Counted from the first letter of the stretch, positions 36,317 through 46,730 are shown. The stretch is DNA of 64,000 nt from Akkermansia muciniphila (GCA_945874145.1 CAMCFN010000015.1:1183-65182); one strand, 5' to 3'. Program-made: numbers and translations. The notes: a model not told the origin generated them from the sequence alone.

Positions 36317-37120
36317 TCAAGGGCCGCCGACCAAGGCGTTGAGCCACGGGGAGCCGTCGTAATACCACGTCTCCCCCATCGTCTCGACGTGCCCGTCCAC
36401 GAAGCCGACATTCACCCTCTTGTTGTGCCGGTAGATGGGCCCGGCGTAGTCCGCGTCACCCGCGCTCAAGACCAGTTGCGAATAGGGGTGGGTCGGGGCG
36501 GTCTCGGTGGGATAGATCAACAGCCAGGCACTGGCCTTGGAGCTGACGGGGGCACTGCCGTAGGGTGTCTGCACGCTGGCCTTGGGGTTTACGCCGGGGA
36601 TGGCCACGTTCCCGAGGTCGCAGGTGTAAACCGTGCCGGCGGGTTTGACGATGTCCTGCTCGCGGTAGCTGTTCGGCTGGGTGCCATAATTGGCGATGAG
36701 CCCGTTGAAATTGTCATGCGAGATCTCCCAGTTGAGTCCGATGTTCATGAAGGAACCGGAGGCATCCCAATCTCGGTTGCCGCCCGGCCGCTCAAGGCCG
36801 CTGGGACACCACATGATGGTCCGGCTGGCGAGGTAGGGCTGGACGATGGTGCCCCACGTCTTGTTGGGTCGGCCAGCTACTGCAAAGTGCCACGCGGTGG
36901 TGATGCGATCGTCGTTCTCGGTGGAATAAAGCTTCAGCGCGAGCGTGATCTGCTTCTGGTTGTTCACGCACTTGATGGCGTTGGCCTTCCCCTTCGCCTG
37001 CGCGAGGGCCGGCAGTAACATGCCGGCCAGGATGGCGATGATCGCGATTACCACCAGTAGCTCAATCAGCGTGAAGGCACGGGCGCGGCGTTGTTTCAAT
37101 GGCATGACACGGGCGGACAT
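36317..37120 (-). CDS. Prepilin-type N-terminal cleavage/methylation protein with H-X9-DG domain
   Basis: [25 protein letters not shown] and [16 protein letters not shown]. Confidence 0.93.
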   Translation of the reverse strand: MSARVMPLKQRRARAFTLIELLVVIAIIAILAGMLLPALAQAKGKANAIKCVNNQKQITLALKLYSTENDDRITTAWHFAVAGRPNKTWGTIVQPYLASRTIMWCPSGLERPGGNRDWDASGSFMNIGLNWEISHDNFNGLIANYGTQPNSYREQDIVKPAGTVYTCDLGNVAIPGVNPKASVQTPYGSAPVSSKASAWLLIYPTETAPTHPYSQLVLSAGDADYAGPIYRHNKRVNVGFVDGHVETMGETWYYDGSPWLNALVGGP

Positions 37121-37250
37121 AGGCTCGCCAACGGTGGGCTCGAATATGCCGCAGGGCAAATGGATTAAATCGGGCTGGGGGAAGCTTGCCTGGCGGTCCT
37201 GCGAGTTGTGCGCAGTTGCTTTGCGGACGATTGATCTCACCTTGTCGGGA

Positions 37251-37703
37251 GTGAAACTTCATGAGTTCAACGCCGAGACTTGGCTGCCGCAGCCGCCGGA
37301 GCTGGTGTTCCCCTTCTTCGGCGAGGCTGCGAACCTCGATGCCATCACGCCGCCGTGGCTGGATTTCAAGATCACCACGCCGCCGCCCATCGTCATGCGC
37401 GAGGGCACGCTCATTGACTATCGCCTCCGCCTGCATGGGGTTCCGCTCCGGTGGCGCACGCGCATCAGCGCCTGGGAACCGCCATTCCGCTTCGTGGATG
37501 AGCAACTGCGCGGCCCCTACCGGCTTTGGATTCACGAACACACCTTCACTGCCGAGCGGGGCGGCACGCTAGCCCGCGACCACATCCGCTACGCCGTGCC
37601 GTTCGACTGGCTGGTGCATCGATGGCTGGTCCGGCCGGACCTCGAACGGATCTTCGCCCATCGCCTCACCGTCATGGCGCGGCATTTCCGACTGCCCGCG
37701 TAA
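37251..37703 (+). CDS. SRPBCC family protein
   Basis: [17 protein letters not shown] and [19 protein letters not shown]. Confidence 0.88.
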   Translation: MKLHEFNAETWLPQPPELVFPFFGEAANLDAITPPWLDFKITTPPPIVMREGTLIDYRLRLHGVPLRWRTRISAWEPPFRFVDEQLRGPYRLWIHEHTFTAERGGTLARDHIRYAVPFDWLVHRWLVRPDLERIFAHRLTVMARHFRLPA

Positions 37704-37938
37704 ACGGCGCGGCAAGCCGCCACGTAGAACCCGCCTGCGCGCTAAGGAGCACGTTCACCGGGCTGGTGGTTTCTGGAGCTCTTCGACAGTCAGGAGATGG
37801 GCAAGGATGTGTTGCGCGTGCTCAGGGAGGATGTGCAGCGACTGGCGGAGGTGCAGGCTGCGGTGCGGGAAGAGGTGCCGTTCGTGCGGGCCGCCGTGCG
37901 CTGGGCGGTCCGGTGGCAGGGCTAGCCCGGGTTGGAGC

Positions 37939-38685
37939 TTATCGCTTGGCCGAAGCAGCGTTCCAAACTTTGAGGTCGTCGAAGAAGCCGTCCTTGCCGG
38001 CGACGCCGAGTTCAATCTTGGACTTGGTGGCGTGGGCGATGCCGGAGGATTTCAGGTAGCCAGCGGGCTGGCCGTCAATGGTCACGCGCATCTCATCGCC
38101 GACGGTCTCGACGACGAGGGCATACCACTTGCCGGCTTCGAGCTTCGCAGGATAGGTGACGGTGCGGCCCTTGAGCAGCGCGGCGCGCTCGGCTTTCTTC
38201 TCCGGCTGCTTGTTCATCGCGTAAATGTCGTTGCGCATGGTGCCATCGCGCTCGTCGATGAGGGTGACGCCGTTGAGACGGACCTGCGCACGGCAGAGAT
38301 GACCATAGTGCGCACCGGTGTATTTGCGGTCGTCGAACTCGACGTCAATCATGGTGGCCCCCGCGAACTTGATCTTCACTTCGACGACGCTGTCCTTGGT
38401 GGGGATTTCGAGGCCATGCACGGCGGCGTGCGCCCGGATCACGGACTTGCCGTCGGCGCTGGGAACGTCTTTGTCGCGGGTCTGCGTGCCCTTGAGCGCG
38501 CCATTCTCCACGGCGAAGGTGGGCACGACCTTATGCCAGACCTTGTCCGGCGTGGGGCCTTGGAAGTCATCGGCGAACAGCAGTTCCTGCTTCTGCGCGA
38601 TGGCTTTGACGGGGACAGGCGGCAGCTCGGCGGCGAAAGTCAGGGAGGTGGCAACGAGACTGAAGGCTAGGAGGCGAGGTAGCAT
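37939..38685 (-). CDS. Secreted beta-sandwich (DUF1080/ConA-like) hypothetical protein
   Basis: Signal peptide, LLFADDF, GKWYALVVE and FDDLKVW. Confidence 0.7.
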   Translation of the reverse strand: MLPRLLAFSLVATSLTFAAELPPVPVKAIAQKQELLFADDFQGPTPDKVWHKVVPTFAVENGALKGTQTRDKDVPSADGKSVIRAHAAVHGLEIPTKDSVVEVKIKFAGATMIDVEFDDRKYTGAHYGHLCRAQVRLNGVTLIDERDGTMRNDIYAMNKQPEKKAERAALLKGRTVTYPAKLEAGKWYALVVETVGDEMRVTIDGQPAGYLKSSGIAHATKSKIELGVAGKDGFFDDLKVWNAASAKR

Positions 38686-38981
38686 GACTAGAGCTGGTTT
38701 GGCGATGAACTGCGATCAAAGCAACGGACCATTTAGCCGCTTCCGGAGATCGGAGGAAAGGTGATTTGTGATGGAACAGCCTTCAGCTCCGGCAGGCTCT
38801 GAGGGTTGCCGGAGCGGAGGATTTCTCATCGTGTCGAAGCCCACGCCGCAGAATGGGAGCGCCACTTCCGTGTCTGCTCCATTGAAACCCTGGCCGGCCC
38901 CACTATGCTGCCGCCAGCGCGACCCGCCTGGACATGACCCAGAGCCGGCGCGTGTCAACGACTCCGCCAAACAACTTGATT

Positions 38982-40160
38982 ATGTCCTTCCCACGCCTGT
39001 TATCCCGACCCTGCCTGCTCTTGCAACTCGCCGCCCTCAGTGCGGCTCCCGCATTTGCGGCCACCCCTCTGGATCAGGTGAAGAGCGCGGCGGACGTGCA
39101 GGCGGTGATTGCGGCCACGATGGCTCCCGCCGCCAAGCGCGCGCTGCAAGCCCACTCGGCGGCCATCCTCGCGGCCGCCGCGAAAAAGCCGCACGTTGAT
39201 TTCGTTGTCGCCACGCTGGACAAGTCGCCTGGTTCCTACACCAAAACGAACACCACGCCGGCCGACCTCAAGCAGGCGCTCGGGGCCGACGCGGCGATCT
39301 TTGACACATTGAAAATGGTCAACCTCGGCACCGCCTCGCTTGGCGTGAAGGGCAAGCGCGAGAGCGATCCCTTCAACCAGGACTTCTACGAGCATCTCAG
39401 CCACATCAGCGATCTGGAGGGCCTGACCATCCTCAACACCACTGCGGAGAACGACTGGCTCATTCCGCTCGCCAAGTTGACCTCGCTCAGCCGGCTCGAC
39501 ATCATCAACCAATCGAAGCTCAACGACTCAGGCCTCGCGCATCTGGCGGGCCTCAAGCAGTTGGAGCGCTTCGCCTACATCGGCACCAAGGTGACCGGCA
39601 AGCCGTTCAAGGATTTCCAAGGCTGGACCCGGCTCAAGAGTTCCAGCTTCCGGGGCAGCCAGATTGATGACGAAGGGCTGAAGCATCTCTGCGAGCGCTT
39701 CCCCAACTACGAAACCCTCAGCCTCGCCCACGCCAAGTTCACCGATGCGGGGGCCGTGCATCTGGCCAAGCTCAAAAACCTGAAGGGCTTGGAAGTGGGT
39801 TCCACCATGGCCACCTCCGCGTCGCTCCGGCATCTGCTGAAGCTCCCGCTCGAATACTTCCAGCTCGGCGAAGGGGTGGAATCCGAGGGCAGCATTGAAA
39901 TCCTCAAGGAGATCAAGACCCTCAAGCGCCTGACCCTGGCGAATTGCAAGAAGCTCACGGACGCCGAGCTCAAAACCCTCGCAGGTATGATACATCTCGA
40001 ACATCTTGAGCTGGGCAGCCTTCCGCTGCCGCCGGAACGCCTCGCCCAGCTCAAGCAGTTTGCCTTCTTGAAGTCCATGCGTCTGGTCCCGCCTTATCCC
40101 AAGGAGCTGCAAACCAGCATTCAGGAGCTGCTCCCCAAGGTCGCCATCCGGTTCGAGTGA
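38982..40160 (+). CDS. Secreted leucine-rich-repeat protein
   Basis: Signal-like N terminus and repeats such as DSGLAHLAGLKQLERF and DAGAVHLAKLKNLKGL. Confidence 0.85.
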   Translation: MSFPRLLSRPCLLLQLAALSAAPAFAATPLDQVKSAADVQAVIAATMAPAAKRALQAHSAAILAAAAKKPHVDFVVATLDKSPGSYTKTNTTPADLKQALGADAAIFDTLKMVNLGTASLGVKGKRESDPFNQDFYEHLSHISDLEGLTILNTTAENDWLIPLAKLTSLSRLDIINQSKLNDSGLAHLAGLKQLERFAYIGTKVTGKPFKDFQGWTRLKSSSFRGSQIDDEGLKHLCERFPNYETLSLAHAKFTDAGAVHLAKLKNLKGLEVGSTMATSASLRHLLKLPLEYFQLGEGVESEGSIEILKEIKTLKRLTLANCKKLTDAELKTLAGMIHLEHLELGSLPLPPERLAQLKQFAFLKSMRLVPPYPKELQTSIQELLPKVAIRFE

Positions 40161-40172
40161 GTTACCCGGCGC

Positions 40173-41987
40173 TCACTTGGCCTGCGGGCCTGAGCTGGCC
40201 GGCAGGTTGCGTGCGGCTGCAAGAGCAGCAGCGCCGACGGTGTCCACGTTGTTGGTAAAGCCCGGTCCGCCAGCGGCGATGTAGCCTCGGCTGGATCCGT
40301 TAGTGTCCGGGCTTATCCAAAAGGAATAGAGCGAGCCGTTGGTGAGGTGGAACCGCAGCCGCACCGGCTGGCCCGCCAGTTTCGTCAGGCCGGCGGCGCC
40401 GCGCCATTTCAGCTCCACGAGCGTTTGATCCGTCTTGAGGGGGATGCAGTTTTCCTGGCTGAACGGAGCAATCACTCGTCCAGCGGAGTCCAGCACTTCC
40501 CCGCGCAGTTCGCCCTGTGCGGCGGCGACGTTCACGAACAGGTGCCGGCCGGTGAACCGAACTGGCCGGGTGGTCAACACGGCTGGCGTTGCGCCGGCAT
40601 CCAGCGATGCGAACCCGTCGCGGCGGAGGGTTGCTAGTCCGGTGGAGCCGACATCCGTGGGGTGCATCGTCCGGCCTGAGCAGTAGAAATACAGGCGGTC
40701 GCCGACGACCAGACAACCGCCGCCCACGGACTGCACGTTGCCCGCGTTCCACGCCTTGGGGTCATCGCTGACCGCGAGAAACGGGGTGCGATTGGCGCGG
40801 TCCCAGTGGAAGCCGTCGCGGGTGAAACCGGCCAGCACCTCGTTGCGCTTGTGGAGGTTCAACGCCTTGCATGTCTCATTGTCCGGTCCCTGCCAGAGGG
40901 TGAAAAGCCCCACCAGCAGGCTCTCGTAGGGGAACACGTCCAGGTTGTAGAGCTGTGGCGGCAAGTTGCTGAAGCGCGGATCAGGATGGCGCGGATCGAG
41001 GCGATCAGCGGCCACCCAAGGCTGGAGATCGTTGGGCAGCCCATTGCCCCGGGCGACCTGATCCGTGTGCTGGGTCCAGGCCAGGGCGGCGGCGGCGGTC
41101 TTCCCTTCGAAGTAGTTCCTCAACCGGTGCACCGGCTCGGGCGCAGTGTGATCGTGCCCGCGCACACTCGCGACCCACACGCGGCGGAAGGGGTTCCAGA
41201 AGAATGTGGTCCGGTCCCAGGACGGGCCGGAGACCACGAGCTCCTCCGACCATTGGCGGCCGTCGGCCGAAGTGCGCAGGGCCACATGGAAGGGCGAATT
41301 CTTGGTGCGGGCCTCGAAGAGCTTGAATCGCTCCGCAGGGTTGGTGGCGTCGTGGTCCAGCCAGACCGTGGTGGCATCGCGGTTGGACTTGAGGACGACA
41401 TTGGTGCCTAGCAGATCGAGCGCTGGGCGGGTCCAATTCAGTCCGTCCTTGGAGAGCGCCAGACAGGTGCGCACCGAGGCGGAGCGATACCACATCATGA
41501 AGGTGCTGTCCTTCGGCTCATACCAGACGCCGTCGCTGAACGGGGCGGCGAAGGCGAACAAGGTGCTCTTCTCCCAAATCATTTCCGGCCGCAGCACCGG
41601 CGAGCGGGCGTGATATTCCGGGCGATGAAACCGGCGGTGCAGGGTGGTGACCTCGATCAGGAAATCGTCCACGAACAACTGGCGGCCGACATCCACGGGA
41701 ATCACCGCCGGTGGCTTCGCGAGATAAGGCACGGACATTGGCTCGCCGGAAGTCATCTCCTTGGCCGCGCGCGGCGGCGGCCACGGGCTGGGAAGCTTGA
41801 TGCCGTTGTAAAGGACTTCGGCCGCCCCGACCTGGAGGAGGCTGGCGAGGAGGAGCAGTAGCGTAGCCAGCAAAATTCGGCCTAGGTGATGAACCCGAGT
41901 GCTGGTGCTGGCAAATGCCAAGCGCCGCCCCAAGGGGTGGGAATCTATCTTGTTTGGCTGGACCAGCATAAGGGGTGAATGATTCAT
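40173..41987 (-). CDS. Secreted beta-propeller glycosidase-like protein
   Basis: Hydrophobic signal, RQLFVDDFLI, Asp-box-like SKDGLNW, SADGRQW and TRDGFHW, and LRRDGFASL. The start is uncertain. Confidence 0.75.
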   Translation of the reverse strand: MNHSPLMLVQPNKIDSHPLGRRLAFASTSTRVHHLGRILLATLLLLLASLLQVGAAEVLYNGIKLPSPWPPPRAAKEMTSGEPMSVPYLAKPPAVIPVDVGRQLFVDDFLIEVTTLHRRFHRPEYHARSPVLRPEMIWEKSTLFAFAAPFSDGVWYEPKDSTFMMWYRSASVRTCLALSKDGLNWTRPALDLLGTNVVLKSNRDATTVWLDHDATNPAERFKLFEARTKNSPFHVALRTSADGRQWSEELVVSGPSWDRTTFFWNPFRRVWVASVRGHDHTAPEPVHRLRNYFEGKTAAAALAWTQHTDQVARGNGLPNDLQPWVAADRLDPRHPDPRFSNLPPQLYNLDVFPYESLLVGLFTLWQGPDNETCKALNLHKRNEVLAGFTRDGFHWDRANRTPFLAVSDDPKAWNAGNVQSVGGGCLVVGDRLYFYCSGRTMHPTDVGSTGLATLRRDGFASLDAGATPAVLTTRPVRFTGRHLFVNVAAAQGELRGEVLDSAGRVIAPFSQENCIPLKTDQTLVELKWRGAAGLTKLAGQPVRLRFHLTNGSLYSFWISPDTNGSSRGYIAAGGPGFTNNVDTVGAAALAAARNLPASSGPQAK

Positions 41988-42284
41988 TTCCGGACTGCCG
42001 CCACTGGAGCGGGGGTGAACGACTTGAGTAGCTTCGCCGCTGCGGTGGCCGGATGACTTCAGGATTTCACAGGTCAATTCGGACAGGCGGACAGCCCCTC
42101 CTTAGGCAGGAGCGGTTCCGTGGCGGAAGGTTGCCGATAGGCTTCTATGTGACACAAATCCGAAAAGGTTTCTGAAAATCTTAATGGAGAACTAATCAAC
42201 TGATAAAAGCTGGGTTACAAATTTACAACACCCCAGTTGCGGTGCCGAACTGAACATCATGCTGAAGGTCTGGTTTGGGCCGGC

Positions 42285-42455
42285 TTAAGTCCCCAGCACC
42301 GCGTTGAGTTCATCGAGCAGCGTGGGCAGTTCTTCACCGAAGCGGTGGTGCATTTTGCCCAAGCCGCCGCACTGGTCGAATGGCGCGTAGGCGAAATCGG
42401 CGGGCTCGATGCAGAGGCTGGTGGCGATGGGGTCGCGGATGAGATTGAGCCGGGC
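42285..42455 (-). pseudogene. C-terminal relic of a type I restriction subunit R (EcoEI_R_C-like)
   Basis: My translation, not in the ORF track: RLNLIRDPIATSLCIEPADFAYAPFDQCGGLGKMHHRFGEELPTLLDELNAVLGT*. Confidence 0.65.
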
Positions 42456-42871
42456 GCAATGGACTGAATTAAGTCCGGCAGATTCTTCGCGTCATGGCCG
42501 GAGTGTTCGGCGATCCCAGCCAGTCGCGGGCCTTTCTTCCTGGCTTCGGCGACGCCGGACGGCCTTGCGGTCCAGCAGAACGGTGTTAGCACGGTGAGGT
42601 GAAATCATGCGGTTCAGAGGGGTGGTGATGGGCTTGGGAGGGCTTCCCGTGCGCCGCGTTTGCTGGGGTTCCGCGATGATTCGGGGAGCGGAAAAACCGA
42701 ACAGTGAGGCGTTGGTGTGCAGCCAATAGGCTTGACATGGCCAAGGCCTCCCAAAATTGCCTCAATGCATCTTTTCGTTGAAAACCACACCGTGACCGAC
42801 ATTCTCTTGGAGTTCCGACACCGGTTCCGCGCCGGTTGACCCTGCGTGCGCCGGCCGTTAGCCTCGCGGCC

Positions 42872-43591
42872 ATGATTATTGCACCTTCGCTGCTGGCCGC
42901 CGATTTCGGGCGCTTCGCAGCGGACACCAAACGCTTCGATCAGTCCGGGGCCGAATGGCTGCACCTCGACATCATGGACGGTAATTTCGTGCCGAACATC
43001 TCGTTCGGTCCGCAAGTGGTGAAGACTCTGCGCCCGCTGACCAAGAAGTTCTTCGACGTGCATCTGATGTGCTCGAAACCGGAGATTCTCTTTGAGCCGT
43101 TCGTGAAAGCCGGCGCGGACCAGATCATCGTCCATGTCGAGCTCGGCGACCGCGTCGAGGGGCTGCTTTGGAAAATCAAATCGCTGGGCAAGAAAGTCGG
43201 CCTCGCGGTGAATCCGCCCACGGCCATCGAGAACGCCCGGCCCTTCCTGAACCACATCGATCTCCTGCTGGTGATGACGGTCAACCCTGGTTTCGGCGGC
43301 CAGCCGTTCATCCACGAGTGCGTGCCAAAGATTCAGCAGGCCGCCGCGTGGAAGCGTGAGTTGGGCCTGGATTACCACATCGAAGTGGATGGCGGCATCA
43401 CCTTCGACACCGTGGGCGAGTGCGCCCGGGCCGGCGCGAATGTGTTCGTAAGCGGCACGGGCATCTTCGGCCAACACAGCCTCAAGGCGGCGGTGAAGAA
43501 GATGCGGACCATCGCGGAGAAAAGCGATCCCGCGCTGGCAGATTTGCGGTGCGAGCAGGCCGCTCCCGCCGCCTTGCCCCTTTCGGTTTGA
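42872..43591 (+). CDS. rpe: Ribulose-phosphate 3-epimerase
   Basis: IAPSLL, HLDIMDGNFVPN, DVHLM, MTVNPGFGGQ and EVDGG. Confidence 0.96.
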   Translation: MIIAPSLLAADFGRFAADTKRFDQSGAEWLHLDIMDGNFVPNISFGPQVVKTLRPLTKKFFDVHLMCSKPEILFEPFVKAGADQIIVHVELGDRVEGLLWKIKSLGKKVGLAVNPPTAIENARPFLNHIDLLLVMTVNPGFGGQPFIHECVPKIQQAAAWKRELGLDYHIEVDGGITFDTVGECARAGANVFVSGTGIFGQHSLKAAVKKMRTIAEKSDPALADLRCEQAAPAALPLSV

Positions 43592-43612
43592 ATCGGTCAC
43601 CTCCCATTCCCT

Positions 43613-45031
43613 ATGGCAAAAATCAAATTCGGAACTGACGGCTGGCGCGCCGTCATTGCAGAAGACTTCACCTTCGAGAACCTCAGCCGCGTAGCCCAGG
43701 CCACCGCTGACTACTGGAACGCCAACTCCGTCGCCGGCGTCACGAACCACGCCGTCGTCGGCTACGACCGCCGCTTCCTCTCGGACCAGTTCGCCCTGCG
43801 CACCGCTGAGATTCTCGCCGCCAACGGCTTCATCGTCACCCTCACCGACCGCCCCACGCCCACGCCCGCCGTCTCCTGGACCGTGAAGAAGCAGGGCGGC
43901 ATCGGCGGCGTCATGATTACCGCCAGCCACAACCCGCCCATCTTCAACGGCTTCAAACTGAAGGCGTGGTTCGGCGGTTCCGCACCGCCGGAAGTCTGCT
44001 CGGCCGTCGAGGCGCTACTGGACAAGTCGCCCGTGCGCGCGATGCCCTTCGCCGAGGCCATCGAGTCCGGCCATATCACGGTGAAGGACATCTGCCCGCC
44101 GTATTACACCGCCATCAAGAAGCTGGTGGACTTCAAGCTCATCGCCGCCTCGAAGCTCAAGTTCGCCCACGAAGCCCTCTTCGGCGTCGGCGCGGGCTGT
44201 TTCGACCGCCTGCTCGCCGGCACCACCTGCCAGGTCACCACGCTGAACGCCGCGCACGACCCCTTCTTCGGCGGCATCAACCCCGAGCCCATCGCCAAAA
44301 ACTACGGCCGCAGCATGGCCTACCTCGCCAAGCACCCGCACGACCTCTGCCTCGTCACCGACGGCGACGCCGACCGCGTCGGGGGCATGGACGGCCGCGG
44401 CAACCCGCTCTCCACGCACCAGCTCATCTGCCTCCTCCTCCGCCACTACGCCGTCAACAAAGGCCAGAAGGGCCGCGTCGTGAAAGCCCTCACCACTACG
44501 AGCATGGTGGACAAGATGTGTGCCGCGCTCGGCCTCGAACTCGTCGAGACCGGCGTGGGCTTCAAATACATCGCCGCCGAAATGATTAAGGGCGGCGTCA
44601 TGCTCGGCTTCGAGGAGAGCGGCGGCATCGGCTTCCCCGGCCACGTCCCGGAGCGCGACGGCATTCTTGCCGGCCTGATGCTCCTCGAAATGCTCGCCAC
44701 CGAGCGCAAGCCGCTGACCAAGCTCCTCGCCCAGCTGGAGAAGGACTATGGCCCTCTCCGCTACGGCCGCATCGACACGCGCTTCCCCTTGGAGAAACGC
44801 GCCGCGCTGATGGAGTTCTGCAAGAACAACCCGCCCGCGAAACTCCTCACCTCCAAGATCAAGGACGTGAAGTCCTACGACGGCGTGAAGTTCTGCGCCG
44901 AGGATGGCTCCTGGCTCATGCTGCGCGGCTCCGGCACGGAACCTATCCTGCGCATCTACGCCGAGGCGAAGTCCGACGCCGACGCGGAGAAGCTGCTGAA
45001 GCTCGGCGTGGGGCTGACGAAGCGGGTGTGA
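43613..45031 (+). CDS. Phosphoglucomutase/phosphomannomutase family protein
   Basis: FGTDGWR, ITASHNP, DGDADR, GFEESGG and RGSGTEP. Confidence 0.94.
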   Translation: MAKIKFGTDGWRAVIAEDFTFENLSRVAQATADYWNANSVAGVTNHAVVGYDRRFLSDQFALRTAEILAANGFIVTLTDRPTPTPAVSWTVKKQGGIGGVMITASHNPPIFNGFKLKAWFGGSAPPEVCSAVEALLDKSPVRAMPFAEAIESGHITVKDICPPYYTAIKKLVDFKLIAASKLKFAHEALFGVGAGCFDRLLAGTTCQVTTLNAAHDPFFGGINPEPIAKNYGRSMAYLAKHPHDLCLVTDGDADRVGGMDGRGNPLSTHQLICLLLRHYAVNKGQKGRVVKALTTTSMVDKMCAALGLELVETGVGFKYIAAEMIKGGVMLGFEESGGIGFPGHVPERDGILAGLMLLEMLATERKPLTKLLAQLEKDYGPLRYGRIDTRFPLEKRAALMEFCKNNPPAKLLTSKIKDVKSYDGVKFCAEDGSWLMLRGSGTEPILRIYAEAKSDADAEKLLKLGVGLTKRV

Positions 45032-45033
45032 TC

Positions 45034-45143
45034 CGTGCCGGCGGCTTCCAACCGCCGTTCGTGGTAGCGCGCGTCCGTCCTCAGCGCGCCGCTGAACCCA
45101 TCAGCCGTGCAACGGCGCGCTTGGGGGGCAGACGCGTCCTACC
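45034..45143. repeat. Composite REP-like palindromes (one cgtgccggcg arm plus a GTAG-type doublet)
   Basis: cgtgccggcggcttccaaccgccgt resembles the arm at 28239. It is followed by the inverted pair ggtagcgcgcgtccgtcctcagcgcgccg and cggcgcgcttggggggcagacgcgtcctacc. Confidence 0.7.
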
Positions 45144-45172
45144 ATCACTGTGCATGGGCCGCTGGCCAGCGC

Positions 45173-46273
45173 TCACCGCTGCACCCGCGCGCTGCCGCCG
45201 CCCACAAGCGCCTCGACTTCCTTCAGCGTCGCCATGCTCGTGTCCCCCGGCGTGGTCATGGCCAGCGCACCGTGCGCCGCGCCATAGTCCACGGCCTGCT
45301 GCGCGTCGTTGAACTGGAGGAAGCCATAGATCAGCCCGCTCGCGAAGCTGTCACCGCCGCCCACGCGGTCGAGGATCCACAAGTCCTTCCGCATCTCCGC
45401 CTCGAAGAACCGCCCGCCCGCCCAGCAGATCGCGCCCCAGTCGTTGACGGTAGCGGACTTCACCGTGCGCAGCGTGGTGGCCACCACCTTGAAGTTCGGG
45501 AAGGCCGCGACGGCCTGAGAAATCATTTGCTTGAAGGCTTCCGTCTCGAGGTTTGCCAGCTTGTGATCCACGCCCTTCACCTCGAAGCCCAGGCACGCGG
45601 TGAAATCCTCTTCGTTGCCGATCATCACGTCGATGAACGGCGCGAGCGCGCGGTTCACTTCCTGGGCTTTCCTCTGCCCACCGATGGATTTCCACAGCGA
45701 GGGCCGGTAGTTCAGGTCATAGCTGACAATGGTGCCGTGCCGTTTCGCCGCTTGCACGGCTTCGAGGACAACTGCCGCAGTCGTCTCGGACAGCGCTGCG
45801 TAAATGCCGCCCGTGTGGAGCCAGCGCACGCCCAGCTTGCCGAAGATGTGTTCCCAATCCACCTGGCCGGGCCGCATCTGGCTCGCGGCGGAGTTGGCGC
45901 GGTCCGAAATGCCCACCGCGCCGCGCACGCCGTAGCCTCGCTCGGTGAAGTTCAGCCCCACGCGCACGTTGCGCCCGATGCCGTCGAACGGCACCCACTG
46001 GATGAACCGCGTGTCCACGCCCCCTTGCAGGATGAAATCCTCGACCAGCCGGCCCACGTCATTCTCCGGGAAGGCCGTGACCACCGCCGTGCTTTGCCCG
46101 AAACACCGGCGCAACCCGCGCGCCACGTTGTATTCCCCGCCGCCCTCCCAGACCTGGAATCCGCGCGCCGTGCGCACGCGTCCCTCGCCGGGGTCGAGCC
46201 GCAGCATAATCTCCCCGAGGGAAACCTGGTCAAAGGCGCACTGATCAGCGGGGCGGAGTTGAAGCATCGGCAT
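45173..46273 (-). CDS. kdgK: PfkB-family sugar kinase (2-keto-3-deoxygluconate kinase-like)
   Basis: LGEIMLRL, GGGEYNVA, SYDLNYRPSLW and DRVGGGDSF. Confidence 0.85.
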   Translation of the reverse strand: MPMLQLRPADQCAFDQVSLGEIMLRLDPGEGRVRTARGFQVWEGGGEYNVARGLRRCFGQSTAVVTAFPENDVGRLVEDFILQGGVDTRFIQWVPFDGIGRNVRVGLNFTERGYGVRGAVGISDRANSAASQMRPGQVDWEHIFGKLGVRWLHTGGIYAALSETTAAVVLEAVQAAKRHGTIVSYDLNYRPSLWKSIGGQRKAQEVNRALAPFIDVMIGNEEDFTACLGFEVKGVDHKLANLETEAFKQMISQAVAAFPNFKVVATTLRTVKSATVNDWGAICWAGGRFFEAEMRKDLWILDRVGGGDSFASGLIYGFLQFNDAQQAVDYGAAHGALAMTTPGDTSMATLKEVEALVGGGSARVQR

Positions 46274-46366
46274 GGCGGAATCAGGTTGTTGATCGGCCGA
46301 TAGAGTTGGGGAGAAGGGCAGGGGAGACAACTTGAATTTGTCCCCTTGCAGCGTGCCCCCGCTGCC

Positions 46367-46490
46367 TGAGGTGGCTCCAGTTTCGAGGACAGTTCCGGGG
46401 CAGAGAGCATTTAGAATTTGCTTGTTTTGGTTATCGAAGCCCGCCGGCGGCTCGTAATCTAGGGCGCTGGGGAGCTGCTGGTGAACCAGC
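46367..46490 (-). mobile_element. IS3-family right-end relic
   Basis: Minus strand encodes HQQLPSALDYEPPAGFDNQN (like the IS3 OrfB end, RLHSALGY.SP..FE), followed by an IR-like ctgtcctcgaaactggagccacctca ending in CA. Confidence 0.55.
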
Positions 46491-46657
46491 AAACAACCAA
46501 TAGCCGCGCTTCTGCCATGGGGCTCGGTGGCCGCCGCCCGGCACTCTCGTCTGGATTTGCGCCAGGGCCCTGACCCCTCAGGGTCATTTGGGTTCGGCCT
46601 CTTGCCAAGGCCCAGTTCCAGTTAGAGACGGCTACGGGGATTTGGTTTCAATTGAGT

Positions 46658-46687
46658 GCCGCGAACAAATCAGCCGCGAACAAATCA
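46658..46687 (+). repeat. Perfect 15-bp tandem duplication gccgcgaacaaatca x2
   Basis: Read directly; lies immediately before the putative -35 element. Confidence 0.9.
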
Positions 46688-46688
46688 C

Positions 46689-46730
46689 TTGCACAGCGCG
46701 TCCTAGTCTGTAATGTCTGTTACTACAGAA
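46689..46730 (+). promoter_or_regulatory. Promoter with an overlapping inverted repeat (probable autoregulatory operator)
   Basis: TTGCAC-16 nt-TAATGT, with tctgta-N11-tacaga (46707-46729) overlapping the -10 element. Confidence 0.55.

Noticed and set aside
37797-37925. 42-codon plus-strand ORF MGKDVLRVLREDVQRLAEVQAAVREEVPFVRAAVRWAVRWQG
   Set aside because: It looks protein-like, but the AGGAG abuts the ATG with no spacing and I recognise no family. It may be a gene fragment, so it is left uncalled.
46274-46492. Long N-terminal extension of the kinase given in the ORF track (similar cases at 7753.., 13789.., 36945.. and 50691..)
   Set aside because: Family similarity begins at a later start codon; these extensions run through intergenic, IS-relic or repeat DNA.
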